Source of the DNA: Isurus oxyrinchus
Lineage: Eukaryota
DNA: 64,000 nucleotides
NCBI GenBank assembly: GCA_026770705.1
Contig: JANJGN010000140.1
Span: 62,001-126,000 of the forward strand
Reading direction: 5' to 3'
Shown here: piece after piece, positions 13,515 through 26,029 of the stretch
Numbering within the stretch: position 1 is the first letter of the stretch
Layout: each line of letters begins with the position of its first letter
Made by a program: the position numbers and the translations under genes
Notes under the pieces: generated by a model
What the model was told of the DNA's origin: nothing
Database searches by the model: none
What the model saw: the letters and a program-made list of their open reading frames with translations, nothing else

Positions 13515-13610
13515 TCACCACAGGGGACACAGGAAGTGAGGTGTAAGCATCCTGAGACAGAGCAACAGATTATTGAGGGCGGGGATTAGAAAGGGTGTCT
13601 TCAAATATCG
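13515..13610 (+). promoter_or_regulatory. Promoter of the intact TCR V
   Basis: accacagg (Runx), caggaagtg (ETS), gagggcgggg (GC box), tcaaatat (TATA-like). Confidence 0.55.
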
Positions 13611-13640
13611 AGCAGCCGTTTGGCAGGGCGGACAGCGACA

Positions 13641-13686
13641 ATGCGGCTACTCAGCATCTGCGCTGTGTGGACAGCGATTCTGACAG
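13641..13686 (+). CDS. TCR V leader exon
   Basis: ATG...MRLLSICAVWTAILT G|gtaaac, phase 1. Confidence 0.92.
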
Positions 13687-13799
13687 GTAAACGTGAAGGG
13701 AATACACTTCATCTTTTCTCTCTTTTCTCAGGCATGTTTTCAATCAGATTTCAATAAGCTATCGGTCTTAACTTTACTGTTTTAATACATCTTTTCCAG

Positions 13800-14108
13800 G
13801 CGGGACTCATGGAGATTCTGTCACTCAGCCACTCTCATCAGATGTTAAGACCGAAGGCGAAGAGGTGACTTTGAAATGTAACTATGATACTACAAGGAGC
13901 GGCTATAGGTTATACTGGTACCGGCAACACCCAGACACACAGCCCCAGTTTGTACTGTACAAGGATAATTCTGGCAATGAGAATAAAGCAGAATTTGCGA
14001 AAAGTCGTTTCTCTGTAGAGCTCCAGATCTCCACTAAATTCACCAGTTTAACCATCTCGAGTCTGCAGCTGACTGACGCCGCCGTCTATTACTGCGCTTT
14101 CTGGGACG
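13800..14108 (+). CDS. Intact TCR alpha/delta V exon
   Basis: ttttccag| GTHGDSVTQPLSSDVKTEGEEVTLKCNYDTTRSGYRLYWYRQHPDTQPQFVLYKDNSGNENKAEFAKSRFSVELQISTKFTSLTISSLQLTDAAVYYCAFWD; C23, W41 and C104 present, no stops. Confidence 0.95.
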
Positions 14109-14147
14109 CACAGTGATGAAAATCAGTCTCACCCCTGTACAAAAACT
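14109..14147 (+). promoter_or_regulatory. 23-RSS (near consensus)
   Basis: CACAGTG + 23 nt + ACAAAAACT. Confidence 0.95.
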
Positions 14148-14489
14148 GCCTATGCACTGTTAGTGGGAACTCCAGTCTGTTGGGGTCTGTGTCGAATCTC
14201 GGGTAGATGAAGTGACAATGCTCAGCTGCGCTGCCAGCCGCTCAGACACATAGCGACGCGAAACCACATTAACCTCGGATCAAACTGCCGCCCAACTGTT
14301 CCCAGGAGCGGCCCAGAAAATCAAACAAACTGCAGAATCCGATCGGGCAGACAGACATGGAAGGGAATTTGACCTGACGTCCGATCCTCATTCGTTGTTC
14401 ATTATCACCAGTAAATCAAGGTTAATGGAGGATGAGGGAGACATCTGCAAACAGGATGCAAACCGAACGCGATCTATGCTTGGTTCAGT

Positions 14490-14870
14490 AATCACAGGGC
14501 TGGACTGCACTAACCATATAAATACTGTGGCTACAAGAGCTGGTCAGTGGCTAGGAATCCTGCGACGAGTAATTCACTCCCCTATTCACTAAAGTCTATC
14601 CACCTTCTGCAAGGTAAAAATCAGGAGTGTGATGGAATACTCCTCACTCGCCTGGATCAGTGCAGCTCCCAAAACACTCCAGAAGCTGGACACCGTTCAG
14701 GACAAAGCAGTCCGTTTAATTGGCACCACATTCACAAACATTCACTCCCTCCACCACCAAAGCACCGTCACAGCAATGTGTACCATATACAAGATGCACG
14801 GCAGGAATTCACCGAGACTCATTCGACAGCACCTTCCGATAACAGATGGATGGGAATACCAGCAAAAGTA
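14490..14870 (+). mobile_element. CR1/L2-type LINE fragment
   Basis: ORF 14629-14871 MEYSSLAWISAAPKTLQKLDTVQDKAVRLIG...TIYKMHGRNSPRL. Confidence 0.75.
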
Positions 14871-16021
14871 GGACAGCATAAGGTAAAAAAAAGATATAGA
14901 TGCATTTCTGAAATTCAACTTTGGTTTATATTGTGAGTTGAAATAAACTACTCTAAATCCGGTACTGATTGTCACCTGTATTGAAAGGGAAAAATATAGA
15001 TAAAGGAGTAGAGACTGGTTTCAAGGGAAGGCATCCCTGAAAATCATCGTGGAGCCTGAATTCTTCCTCCTCCTCATTGGTGTGAAGGAGCCCTCTTATG
15101 CGCACTGACTGGAATTCTCAGTGTGAGGCTTTCTACGGGCTCCTGGAAGACATGTTCAATTGTTATTCATTCATGGGATATGGGCTTCGCTGGCTGGGCC
15201 AGCATTTATGACCTATGTGTAATCGCATTAGAAGTTGGTGGTAAGCTATCTTCTTGAACCGCTGAAGTTCATGTGGTGCAGGTTCAGCCACAGTGCTGTT
15301 CGGGAGGGAGTTCCAAGATTTTAACCCAGCGACAGGGAAGGAATTTCATGCAGTGAATAATACATGTGTCACAATTGCATTGGAGCATCTCAGATTGCAA
15401 CCGTTGTGTAGATAGTTTAAGTACAGTTGCGCTGGCTCACTGTCTGTAAAGGCCACGTTGACATGTTTATAATATTCATTGACTGCATTGAAGCACTTCA
15501 TGATCTATTTGGAAAACTGTAATATGATTTCATTTTTTGTGATGACCACTTTGAAACGCTTTGAACTGTTCTTTCAGATATTTTATGAATAAAGTATATT
15601 TTACCTAAAATAAACTGGATCACAGGAGGCAGACTCACTGATGGGAATGGTATAATTACTGATTGATTTAGTGACCTGGTTCATTTATTACTATCATCTT
15701 AGCAAGATGCGTGAAAGACAATAAGTGATACCATAGGTAAAAGTTAGAAATGGTGGAAAATACTATCTGGAATGTGCAGGGACAAGAATTAAACGCTGCT
15801 CCCACTGGGGGCGAGTACTGTCACTGATACTGTATCTATTCTTTTAGCTGGGAGGTCTCCTCTAGATCTGACCTGTTCACTGCACTTTGTCTTGTGCTAC
15901 ATGCGACTGCCGAATTGTCACCACAGCCGTTTCGGGTCAGTGCCCATCTGAGAGGCTTTGAAGAGTAACTCTGGCCCGCTGAATGGAAGGAGAAATTGCC
16001 CGGGTGAAAGTTTGATTTCCT

Positions 16022-16035
16022 CCACCAGGTGGCAG
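16022..16035 (+). promoter_or_regulatory. CTCF core motif CCACCAGGTGGCAG
   Basis: Perfect fit to the CCASYAGRKGGCRS consensus; motif only. Confidence 0.55.
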
Positions 16036-16054
16036 ACGAAGCCTAGATATCGAT

Positions 16055-16190
16055 GAAAACAAAGAAAACTGCGGATGCTGGAAATCCAAAACAAAAACAG
16101 AATTACCTGGAGAAACTCAGCAGGTCTGGCAGCATCGGCGGAGAAGAAAAGAGTTGACGTTTCGAGTCCTCATGACCCTTCGACAGAACT
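16055..16190 (-). mobile_element. Penelope-like element terminal fragment with hammerhead-like core
   Basis: Same ~135-nt unit as 56567-56810, 45750-45850 and 57800-57895; the minus strand reads CTGTCGA-AGGGTC-ATGAG-GACTC-GAAACGTC. Confidence 0.5.
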
Positions 16191-16989
16191 GTCTCGATAT
16201 CGCCCAGCTCTCTGCCTGGAGCAGCCCTCAGCCGCCGACCAGCCTTGGAATTGTCTATCAATCAATCTGTGCTTATAAATCCCATTTCGCTCCTGGAATC
16301 CACTCCAACTGAACGCATGGCATTCACCCGTCTGCTGGGTAACGGGAGTCGCTGTCCCATTCGCTGGTCCACGGGAAAAGCAGTGGAGAGTTCAGTTACT
16401 TTTACTGACTTCGCATCCATTCTGTCAATGCTTCCTCAGGCAATTCTAAGGGAGGTCAATGGCAGAGTAATTAATGCTGCTGAGTCCGCGCAATCACCAC
16501 CACACATCTGATACAACAACAACCCTCAAACCCCCTCCGCCCCCACCTTCCCTTCTGAAGCAAATGTGGCTCTTTCTCATTTTGTGGCTCTATTTGAATG
16601 GAGACGAATGGCAGCCGGAAAGCATCTGATGTGTTCCTGCTCCATCTCAGAAGATGGATCTCGCTTCTTTAGACTTCTGGGTCTCAAGCCAAACTTCACA
16701 GGGTGAAAGGTCAGCCTGTGCCCCAATGGCCAACTTAATGGCTTGTCATAGACAAGAGGCCCTCTGCGAACTCGGCTGAGGCCGAGCGGACTCCGGCTTC
16801 GTGAAGATCCTGGAACAAAGATCTGACTCACCCAAATCACAGCTATGTGCAAAGCAGCAGAAAGCATGAGAGCATTGGGTCCTGAAATGCGATGAAATGC
16901 CACCAGAGTGCGTGTCAGCTTCAATTGGGCTTCAGCATGGCAGTGTGACCTGAATATTCGGATAAGTATAAGAGAGACTTGCATTCAGA

Positions 16990-17177
16990 CCCGGCAGAAA
17001 ATGGCATCAGCGATTGCAATCGGAATTATCCCAACTGATTGAAACTCAATGCAGTGCAAACACCATCGGTATGGGGGCTACCACTGGTGCAGACAAGTAC
17101 AAAATCGCGGCCCAGAATTCATAACATTAGTGACCGCAATACTGACGGGGCCGTACAGGCTTTATTTGCACCGTAGG
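16990..17177 (+). pseudogene. TCR V pseudogene, 5' half (interrupted by LINE)
   Basis: MQCKHHRYGGYHWCRQVQNRGPEFI reads as C23...W41(YRQ)...GPEFI; ends at the LINE tail. Confidence 0.6.
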
Positions 17178-17179
17178 AG

Positions 17180-19470
17180 AACAAAGAACAAACAACAAAG
17201 AAAAGTACAGCACAGAAACAGGCCCTTCGGCCTTCCAAGCCTGCGCCGATCATAGAGCTCGTAACTAAAACATTTTGCACTTCCCGGGTCCGTATCTTTC
17301 TATTCCCATCCTATTCATGTATTTGTCAAGCTGCCTCTTAAACACCACTATTGTACATGCTTCCACCGCCTCCTCTGGCAGCGAATTCCAGATACTCACT
17401 ACCCTCTGCTTAAAAAAACTTGCCCCGCACAAATCCTCTATAGTTTTCTCCTCTCACCTTAAATCTATGTCCCTATTAATTGAATCTTCCACCCTGGGAA
17501 AAAGCTTCCGACTATCTACTCTGCCCATGCCACTCATAATTTTGTAAACTTCTATCAAGTCACCCCTCAATCTCCGTTGCTCTAGTGAGAACAATCCGAG
17601 TTTCTCCAAACTCTCCTCATAGCTAATAACCTCCAGAGCAGGCAGCATCCTGCTAAACCTCCTCTGTACCCTCTCCAACGCCTCTATATCCTTTGTTAAT
17701 GTGGCGACCAGAATTACACGCAATATTCCAAGTGTGGCCTAACCAAGGTTCTATACAGCTACAGCATGACTTCTCAGTTTTTATACTCAATACTCCTGCC
17801 AATGAAGGGAAACATGCCGTATACCTTCCTGACTACCTTATCCACCTGCGTTGCCACTTTCAGTGATCCGTTGACCTTTAGACCCAGATCCGTCTGCCCG
17901 TCGATGCACTTAAGAGTTCTGCCATTTGCTATATAATTCCTGCCTGTATTAGACCTTCCAAAATGCATTACCTCGCATTTGTCCGGAGTAAACTCCATCT
18001 GCCATTTCTTCGCCCAAGTCTGCAACCGATTTATATGCTGTTGTATCATTTGACAATCCTTCTTTACTATCTGCAACTCTCCAACCTTAGTGTCTTCTGT
18101 AAATTTACTAATTAGACCAGTTACATATTCCTCCAAATCAGTTACGTATGCAGCAAACAGCAAAGGTCCCAGCACTGATCCCTGCGGAACTCCACTAGTC
18201 ACAGCTCTCCATTCTGAAAAGCATCCTGCCAATGCTACCCTCTGGCTTCTATGACCAAGCCAATTCTGTATCCACCTTGCCAGCTTACCTTTGATCCCGT
18301 GCAACTTTACCTTCTGTATACGTCTACCATGAGGGACCTTGTCAAAGGCCTTACTGAAATCCATGTAGATAACATCCACTGCCCTTCCATCATCGACCAT
18401 CTTTGTCACTTTCTCGAAAAACTCGATCAAGTTAGTGAGACCCGACCTCCCTTTCACAAAACCATGCTGCCTTTCACTAATACGCCCATTTGCTTCCAAA
18501 TGGTAGTAAATCCCGTCACAAAGAATCTTCTCCAATAATTTCCCTACCACTGATGTAAGGCTCACCAGCCTGTAATTTCCTGGATTATCCCTGCTACCCT
18601 TCTTAAACAATGGAACAACATTGGCCATTCTGCAGTCCTCTAGGACCTCTTCCGTAGCCAGTGAGGATACAAAGATTTCTGTCAAGGCCCCAGAAATCTC
18701 CTCCCTTGCCTCCCTCAGTACTCTGGGGTAGATCCCATCTGGTCCTGGGGACTTATCCACCTTAATATTCTTCAAGACGCCTAACACCTCCTCTTTTTTG
18801 ATCTCCACATGATCCAGGCTATCTACACACTCTTCCCTAGGCAAATCGACCTCTAAGTCCTTCTCGTTGGTGAATACTGATGAGATGTGTTCATTTAGTA
18901 TCTCTCCCATTTCTTCTGGCTCCACACACAGATTCCCACCTCTGTCCCTGTGTGGGCCAACCCTTTCCCTGGCTACCTTCTTGCTTTTTACATATGTTTT
19001 AAAGGCCTTGGGGTTTTTCCTTAATCCTAGTTGCCAGTGACTTTTCATGACCCCTTTTAGCCCTCCTGACTCCTTGCTTAAGTTTCTTAGTACTTTCTTT
19101 ATATTCTCCAGGGTCTTCATCTGTTCCCAGCCTTTTAGCCCTTACGAATGCTTCACTTTTCTTTTTGACTAATCTCACAATATCCATCGTTATCCACGGT
19201 TCCTGAAACTTGCCATGCTTATCCTTCATCCTATCAGGAACTTGCCGGTCCTGAACTCTTATCAACTGACGTTTGAAAGCCCCCGACATGTCCATTGTTG
19301 ATTTGCCCTCAAACATCCGCCTGCAGTCTAGATTCCTCAGCTCCTGTCTAATATTGTTCTAATTAGCCTTCCCCCAATTAAGCACCTTAACCCGATGAAT
19401 CCTGTTATCCTTATCCACTAGTACCTTGAAACCTATTGAATTATGGTCAGCTTTCCCGAAATGCTCCTCT
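17180..19470 (-). mobile_element. 5'-truncated CR1 LINE with reverse-transcriptase domain
   Basis: 448-aa ORF 17774-19120 with KSPGPDGI, NYRLVSLTS, QHGFVKG, YMDFSKAFDKVPH, GVPQGSVLGP and FTEDTK (degenerate FADD); frameshifted C-terminus (ORF 17454-17723); short tandem tail at 17180-17205. Confidence 0.95.
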
Positions 19471-19474
19471 AATG

Positions 19475-19602
19475 TTATGTACTGACATAACTAGAAGTTA
19501 TGACATTCTCAGTATTGAGGGAATCGCGGCGTCAGACGTTGGAGTGTTGGGTGTACAGTGAGACATGGTGGGGCCGAGACCAAGTGGGCCCGTACAATAC
19601 CC
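19475..19602 (+). pseudogene. TCR V pseudogene, 3' half with 23-RSS relic
   Basis: LSIEGIAASDVGV...CTVR, then CATGGTG 19564-19570 + 23 + ACAATACCC 19594-19602. Confidence 0.6.
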
Positions 19603-20288
19603 GCTGCGGGTTCCCATCAGCCAGCCCCTACACAGGTACTATTTTGTGGGCTACTTTCAACAGGCTTCACCCATCCTATAAGGAAAGGATAACTAGATTA
19701 TCCTGAATGTGTTGACTCCCTTGGTAGGTAGAGTATCATCGACCACGCCCATTCCCCCGGGAAAGGGGTTTAGAGATCATGGTGAGTGTTTTACTTGTTT
19801 TGTTACACACAAGTCCACAGGCTCCACACATTCTGTAAGGAAATGGCTCCCTGGGCTGTCCTGATGGCGTTAAATGTTTACTGAGTTACAGCACCTCGGG
19901 AGCTCACTCATTTTGTAAGGGATGGTTTCCACTGGATTTGCACATCCAGTGTCAGGCTGGTCGCTTGTGAGAATGATTCTCATAAAGAGATGTGCTTCCC
20001 CTCACTTCCCTCCTCGCGGAGCAGAAGAAGCTGCTGGTCTTCAGACAACTGATAGGTTCAGAGCTGAACCGCGGGGGAAATGAGCAGCGGGCTAACAAAC
20101 CACCTCCTTATATCCGGTGAACAATATCAATTTCAAGCCAATGAGGAGCGGGAAAAAGAAACACGTGACCGAGACATTGAATATCCATCATTGACTTTAA
20201 ACAGCCAACATTTTAAACTCTTCACCCGATTCATTTTCTTCTGTTATGAGCTGCCTCCTATTATTGTATTGACATTCTCATAGCAACC

Positions 20289-20764
20289 ATGTGTTGTGTC
20301 GCCCCGTTAAAGCTATTATCCGTCATCCTGGCGATCCGAACAGGGAGGTACAGGACAGGTACCCAATAACCAAGAGTGAGTTTTTCATTATTCATCTCGT
20401 TTTTCCAGTTTTTCATACCCTGAATACTTCTGCAGGTCGATGTCTCTCGAACCGTGTCCTTCAATCTCCCGCTTCGAAAACAGTCCAGAGCGGGAATTCG
20501 CTGCAGATGGACTGCAGCTACGAGGTGTCCGACTTTTAGGCGATGCGTTGGTATAGACTGCAATACGGCCAGGGACTGCAGTGGATTATAAGGCGAGCAT
20601 AGATTGGCAAATAGAGACGCCGGCGATATGAACTGAAACTTTCCGAGTCGGAGAAACGCGGCAAACCGCTCATTGAAGGCACTGAGGACGCCAATGTCAC
20701 GGTTTATTAATGTGCGGCTGAGCCCCACACTGAGACAAAACCGGGCAGTCACTGTCCAAAAACC
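20289..20764 (+). pseudogene. TCR alpha-like V pseudogene
   Basis: Leader-like exon from ATG 20289. V exon 20436-20725 RVLQSPASKTVQSGNSLQMDCSYEVSDF*AMRWYRLQYGQGLQWII...TVY*CAAEP with four in-frame stops. CACACTG 20726-20732 + 23 + CCAAAAACC. Confidence 0.88.
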
Positions 20765-21789
20765 TCGCTCCTGGGCACAGTTCCGGAAGAGAGGCAGCAA
20801 TCTCTTTGATAACAGAAGGCGGGCCAGGCGGCTCAGAGCATGAGCGGCTAACGACAGAGACGGGCAGGGGTGCCACTGGTTGCCTAGTAAATCCAGGGCT
20901 GCCGCGGATTGTCTAGTAAATCCTACTGGAGAGGATCTTTCATCAGAGATACTGATGGTCACAGCAGAGAGTGTCGGACTGTGGATGCAGTTAGTCAGTG
21001 CGGTCTTTCCTACGTGGGGAGCTCCATTGTCTGAGGGTGTCCCAGGGAACCGAGAGGGATCCTGAGTGTTTAATTTATGCCGTTGTGTGATGATTCTTAA
21101 AGAGCATTAAGATAATCATACAGTAAAATCCGTGCTTAAATTTGCCCCAAATTATGACAAAACAGTTATCTGAAAGAATGTGCTTGCGATTGTCCTGCGG
21201 ATGATATTTTACCGACCCCCACCCCCCTCTTCTATCTCGCAGGAAAATATTAACCAAATTCGAAACAAAAACAGAAAATTCTGCAAACACAACCAGAAAC
21301 AGTATGAAGGCTCCAGTCTGTGACCTTTCACCAGAAATCAGCAACTCCTCAAACTGAGTTCAGGTGGAACGTCGCGGACGTGAAACCTTATATCTGATTC
21401 TCCCTGCAGCAATGTTTTCTGACTTGCCGAGTATGGCAAGAATTACCTGTTTTTGCCCCCAAATGTATTTGAATGGGAGCATAAAGCTGCTGATGACAGA
21501 GCCCTACCAAGTGAGAGGCAGCAGCCATCATTATTTGTAACTAGCTGTGGGTCAGAGTCCCACGCACGGCAAGACATTTGTAAGCCAGATGGGTTTTCGT
21601 GACAATTGTTTTTTTCCTGCAGATAATTAGACAAAGTTATTAAACTCAAGTTTTACCATTTGTCGTGGTGGGATTCGAACACTGGACATTGTACAATGTT
21701 GTTGGATTACTAGCTCATCTATAATTCCACTACACCACTGTAGCACACTGCCTTAACGCAAAAGCAGAAAGGTTAAGGAGTATGATTCC

Positions 21790-22132
21790 GCCAGTGTTCA
21801 GCAGAGGGTAGATTGCTAAAGTTGTCTGTGTGTGATTATGACACTGCGCAGCAAAGGGTAGATTGTTAAAGGTGTGTGTGTGTGTATGTGTTTGTGTATG
21901 TGTGTGATTATGACATTGTCCAGCAGAGGGTAGATTGCTTAAGATGTGTGGGTGGGTGTGCGTGTTTGTCATGATCACAGTGCCCAGCAGAGGGTAGATT
22001 GCTCAAGGGCTGTCTGTGTGTGCATGTGGTAATGACAGTGTCCAGCAGAGGGTAGATTTCAAATGTTGTGTGTGCGTGTGTGTGATTCAGGCAGTGTCCA
22101 TCAGAGGGTCGATTGCGAAAGGTGTGCGTGTG

Positions 22133-22201
<69 letters not shown>

Positions 22202-22210
22202 TTCTGGCAC
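21790..22210. repeat. Compound minisatellite (ccagcagagggtag units + TG tracts)
   Basis: About six ~60-nt units; paralogous to 2990-3440. Confidence 0.85.
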
Positions 22211-23817
22211 AGCACAACAGCAAACGGCAAAGACGAATTGAAGGGCCACATCAATACTAAGGGAACGGTTTCATTATCTTTGTGTCAAACAGCAGATGCC
22301 ATGACTGGGACATGTGAAAACATAGGCCCTGTCACCGAGCTCCAATACTCAGTGAACATCTCAGAGCTTCCAAGCGATTTTGGAGGTGGTAAAACAGAAT
22401 TGACGGAGCGAGTAACCACAGTTCAGAGATATCCAGGAAAATTCACAACCCTTTCATTCTGAAAGATGTTCAGAACGTGAATCTTCGCCATTTCTTCCTG
22501 AAAGACATAGGTAGAATATTTCGAAAGAAAGGAAGTAACCCTGGAAAACACGCTGACTCACCAAACCTGGATTCACTGTGCAATATCTATTCTCCTAATA
22601 ATCTGGATTTGTAAGTCTAATGATGACCACGGAATCATTGCCAGTTGCAGTGAATAAACCCATATGTTTCACTAATGTGCTTTAGGGAGGGAAATCTGCC
22701 GCCTTTACCTGGTCTGGCCTACATCTGACTCCAGGCCCACATTTATGTGGTTGGCTCTTAAATGCCCCTGAACAAGGGCAATTAGAGCAGGACAATAAAT
22801 GCTGGCCAACGTCCTACTAAGGAATAAAACAAATGTTAAAAATATCAATTTTTCCCCAGTGTCTCAGTGCGAAGAGTTTCTGCCCGTGCAGTGGCCAACG
22901 AACACGAGGCAATGGAATTGATAAAAGCTAATCAGCACAGCTCAGAGCCAGGTTAAACATAGCAAGGGTTCAATTCCAATCCCACACGATGCAATAATCG
23001 AATGCCGAGAACCATAAATGCTGCAAATCTGAAATAAAAGAACAGAACATTCTGGAAAAGTAAAGGATAGCTGGTTAGGATGCCTCTCAGTGGAGAGCTA
23101 ACGTTTCAGATTGATGAAATTTTATCCCAACTGGAAATGCTGGAAGTGACGTAAGTCTTCTTCAATGATTTGGTGGGATTTTGTGTGTTTCACTGTATGG
23201 GACCTGGTTAACTTTTGCAGCCAGTGTGGGGTCCATGGCGTAAGGTGTTGGCGGATGATAGTTCCCATGGATATTTAAAGAAAACCTTGTGATTTCGTTT
23301 TGCAAAACATCAGATGCCTTGTCTGGGGTCACAAGAACCAGGTAACATTCTCCGGAATACTGGGGTAAGAGCGGGACAGGGGGATTCTCTCGGTGTCCTG
23401 GGCCCACATTCCACCTTTAACAAACACCACCCAATGCAAACACATGCACCGACCTCCCAGTTTATCACTGTGGGGAAAGGAATGCAACAGCACAACTGGC
23501 AGAAAGAAAAGCTCCCCTCCCCCACCCCTGTACCCCAGAATATTGTGGGAGGGGCTTTCACATCCTGATCACAATCCAAATGTAGAGTCAGAAAATTGCA
23601 GCCTCCTTTTATAAACCTATCTCTTATTCACACAGCACTTAGCCACCTATCCGGGAATCATGCGACCCATCAATGATCTCAGCGAAACTGCCCTGTACAA
23701 ATAAACTCGATCCCCCGAAAATATTTCAGTCCAGCTCAGAGGTCCGGTTTCCCAGTGCACTCCAGGGCTGCAGTCTCCAGCTCCCCGTCAAATAAACCCT
23801 CAGTTCCAGGCAGCAGA

Positions 23818-23863
23818 ATGATGGGAATCTTTCTTGTTTTCACCCTGTGTGAATGTTTACCCC
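23818..23863 (+). CDS. NAR-TCR V leader exon (cassette 1)
   Basis: MMGIFLVFTLCECLP C|gtgagt, phase 1; aaataaa TATA-like element ~25 nt upstream. Confidence 0.85.
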
Positions 23864-24009
23864 GTGAGTACCGATCAAACAAACGACATTGTGTGGATTT
23901 AATAGTAAGCTGCCCGAGCCCATCCCAATTACAGACAATGTCTGGGGTTTAACCCCGTTCTGTGAATCTGCTCTGATGCTCCATTAAACTCTCTCTGTTT
24001 AATTTCCAG

Positions 24010-24299
24010 GCTATTTCAGTCAGTCATTGACACAGACCCCGGCAGCGGTGACCAGGAAGGAGTGTCAGTCTCTCACCATTACCTATGTTTTCTATGGTGG
24101 TTTTTACGCTCGACATTTGACGGGCGGGGATTTCTTCAGAAAAACCCAGACCGGGACAGAGCGGGAGCGGATCTCCAGCGGAGGAAGATTTGTTGAGTCG
24201 TTGAATAAAGCACAAAAGACATTTTCGCTGGAAATTCGGGATGTGAGAGTTGAAGACACCGCCACCTATTTCTGTAAAGCTCAGTACGAGTACGAAGAA
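24010..24299 (+). CDS. NAR-TCR V exon (IgNAR-like V lacking CDR2); open frame but probably defective
   Basis: SLTQTPAAVTRKECQSLTITYVFYGG...FFRKTQTGTERERISSGGRFVESLNKAQKTFSLEIRDVRVEDTATYFCKAQY resembles the VNAR framework (ERISIGGRYVE..SFSLRI.DLRVED..TY.CKA). Extra FR1 Cys at 24063; canonical Cys23 is TAT at 24084. Weak RSS CACGACG 24300-24306 + 22 + ATAAAAACT. Confidence 0.9.
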
Positions 24300-24665
24300 C
24301 ACGACGACGGGTCTCGGTTTCCCGCGATATAAAAACTCTCACTGCAGATTATTACAGAATCAAATAAAAAAACGGAGTTAATCTGCAGTTAAACCCCCCA
24401 CGGTTCCGCCTCACACCGCCTGCCCCACAGTCTAGTGTATAATGAGATTGGATTATTGCCGTTAACATCTTGAGTTTTATAAATGTCGAGTGTGTGCGGA
24501 TGGCGATGTCTTTGCCGGGATTGGTGTCAGTGAATGGGGATTGGGAATGACTAATCCCAGTTACAAACCTCTAACACCAGATGTGATCCTGGTCTAACAG
24601 CTGGAACCGGGAACCGCAGTCCCAGCTGTTTACCTAGTATCCCCACAGCGCACCAAGTACCCAGG

Positions 24666-24738
24666 GGATTTCATGCTGACTTGTAACATTGTGTGTTTGG
24701 ATGGGTAAGTCACAGTTGAAGAGACTTGAGCAAATATC
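24666..24738 (+). other. NAR-TCR D segment (24694-24710) flanked by 12/12 RSS
   Basis: GGATTTCAT + 12 + CATTGTG | TGTTTGGATGGGTAAGT | CACAGTT + 12 + GCAAATATC. Confidence 0.75.
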
Positions 24739-25054
24739 TCTCCACAATCACAGTATAAATTCTCCAGTCCCGGACAGTGAATTGTCGGGTTGATGTTATT
24801 GTTGCTATAATCTGGTTACATTTCATTGTAATTTCCACCATTCAGTTATCTTTCTTTAATCATTTTTCTCGGTTTATATGAAGAGAACATTTCGTTCCCG
24901 GGACCATTTACTCAGAGCTCAGGGCCTCACAAAGAACAGTTTGAACAGACAGAGACTTTAAAATATTGAATATTGTTTATTTATTTATATCCGCTGAATA
25001 ATTGGGCAGTTTCTACTGTCTGATGATGATTCCCCAGTAGTTTGAGTTGTCGGT

Positions 25055-25137
25055 GGTTGTTGTACCGGGGACACTGAGAGTGGTGTCACTGTGGTGGGTT
25101 ACTAAATATTATTCTGTGGATGGACCCAGGAAAGCTG
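25055..25137 (+). pseudogene. NAR-TCR J segment (25094-25137) with 23-RSS; 15-nt internal deletion
   Basis: GGTTGTTGT + 23 + CACTGTG; WVTKYYSVDGPRKA G|gtaata versus DYVDGSGTVVTVTA G|gtaag in the paralogous J at 40358-40410. Confidence 0.8.
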
Positions 25138-26029
25138 GTAATAACTCCAAACCTCGCCGGGTTACCGACTGTCCCTTGTAATGTTCACCGTCAGTTTATT
25201 ATTGATATCGGTTGGGTTTGGGGGGATGTGGGAGTTGACGGAATCTGGACCATTATTAGTTTAACGGGCACATTGGGGACAACATCAACATCTTGGACTC
25301 TCACACTTTGAATCGCTTTTAATGAGAGCAGATTGTCAGCAATCCGGACTCCACTCCCAGTGTTAATTGTGACCGAGGGAGCTCTGCCTGTCCCTTAGAG
25401 CTGGGAAGCGGGCTGACAGATCTCTCTCCTGGGCAGCAGTTTGCAGTCCGAGCTGCACAATGTGAATGAGGAACCGGGTGAATAAACTTAACATAACTGC
25501 GGCCAGTTCGGATACCTGACCCAGGAGTAAAACAAGCAAGTGATACAATGGACTTCAGATATAAGAGGTCCTGATGTGGGTCTACATGGAATTTTATTAT
25601 TGGATAATCAGTGACTGAAATTAGTGACAATGCCCCCGCCATTTGTTTCAATTGTCTTCAGAAAACCAATTACTTTCCTCCCTTTCTGACCTCAGACCGA
25701 AATGTGAAAGTTTGGAACTGCTGACACTTTATTATCTTGAATGTAGATGTTTGAGAGATGGGATTGCTGTAATTTTTCTGTATCCCTGATTACTGTTAAT
25801 GGAAACAACAAAATGCAGTGAGATAGTGAGGATAACGCATTAATCTTATAAAGGAGAACAAGAACATAGGGAACAATTATAAACTGGGGCCATGTTCATT
25901 TAGAACCAGCAAGAAATAGCTCAGCGAAAGGGGGAGAAGGATTGTATGACCTCTGGGCGCCTTCCAAAGTACAATCCGGCTACGTGGTGGGTGAGCTTTA
26001 TGGAGAGAAGGACTGAAATAGACTGAAAT

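Noticed and set aside
21790-22210. Repeat-spacer pattern superficially like a CRISPR array
   Set aside because: Vertebrate DNA; spacers are TG microsatellite, repeats are degenerate, and there are no cas genes.
24340-24665. Additional D segments as in IgNAR/IgM clusters
   Set aside because: Only isolated CACAG or nonamer-like words, without correct spacing.
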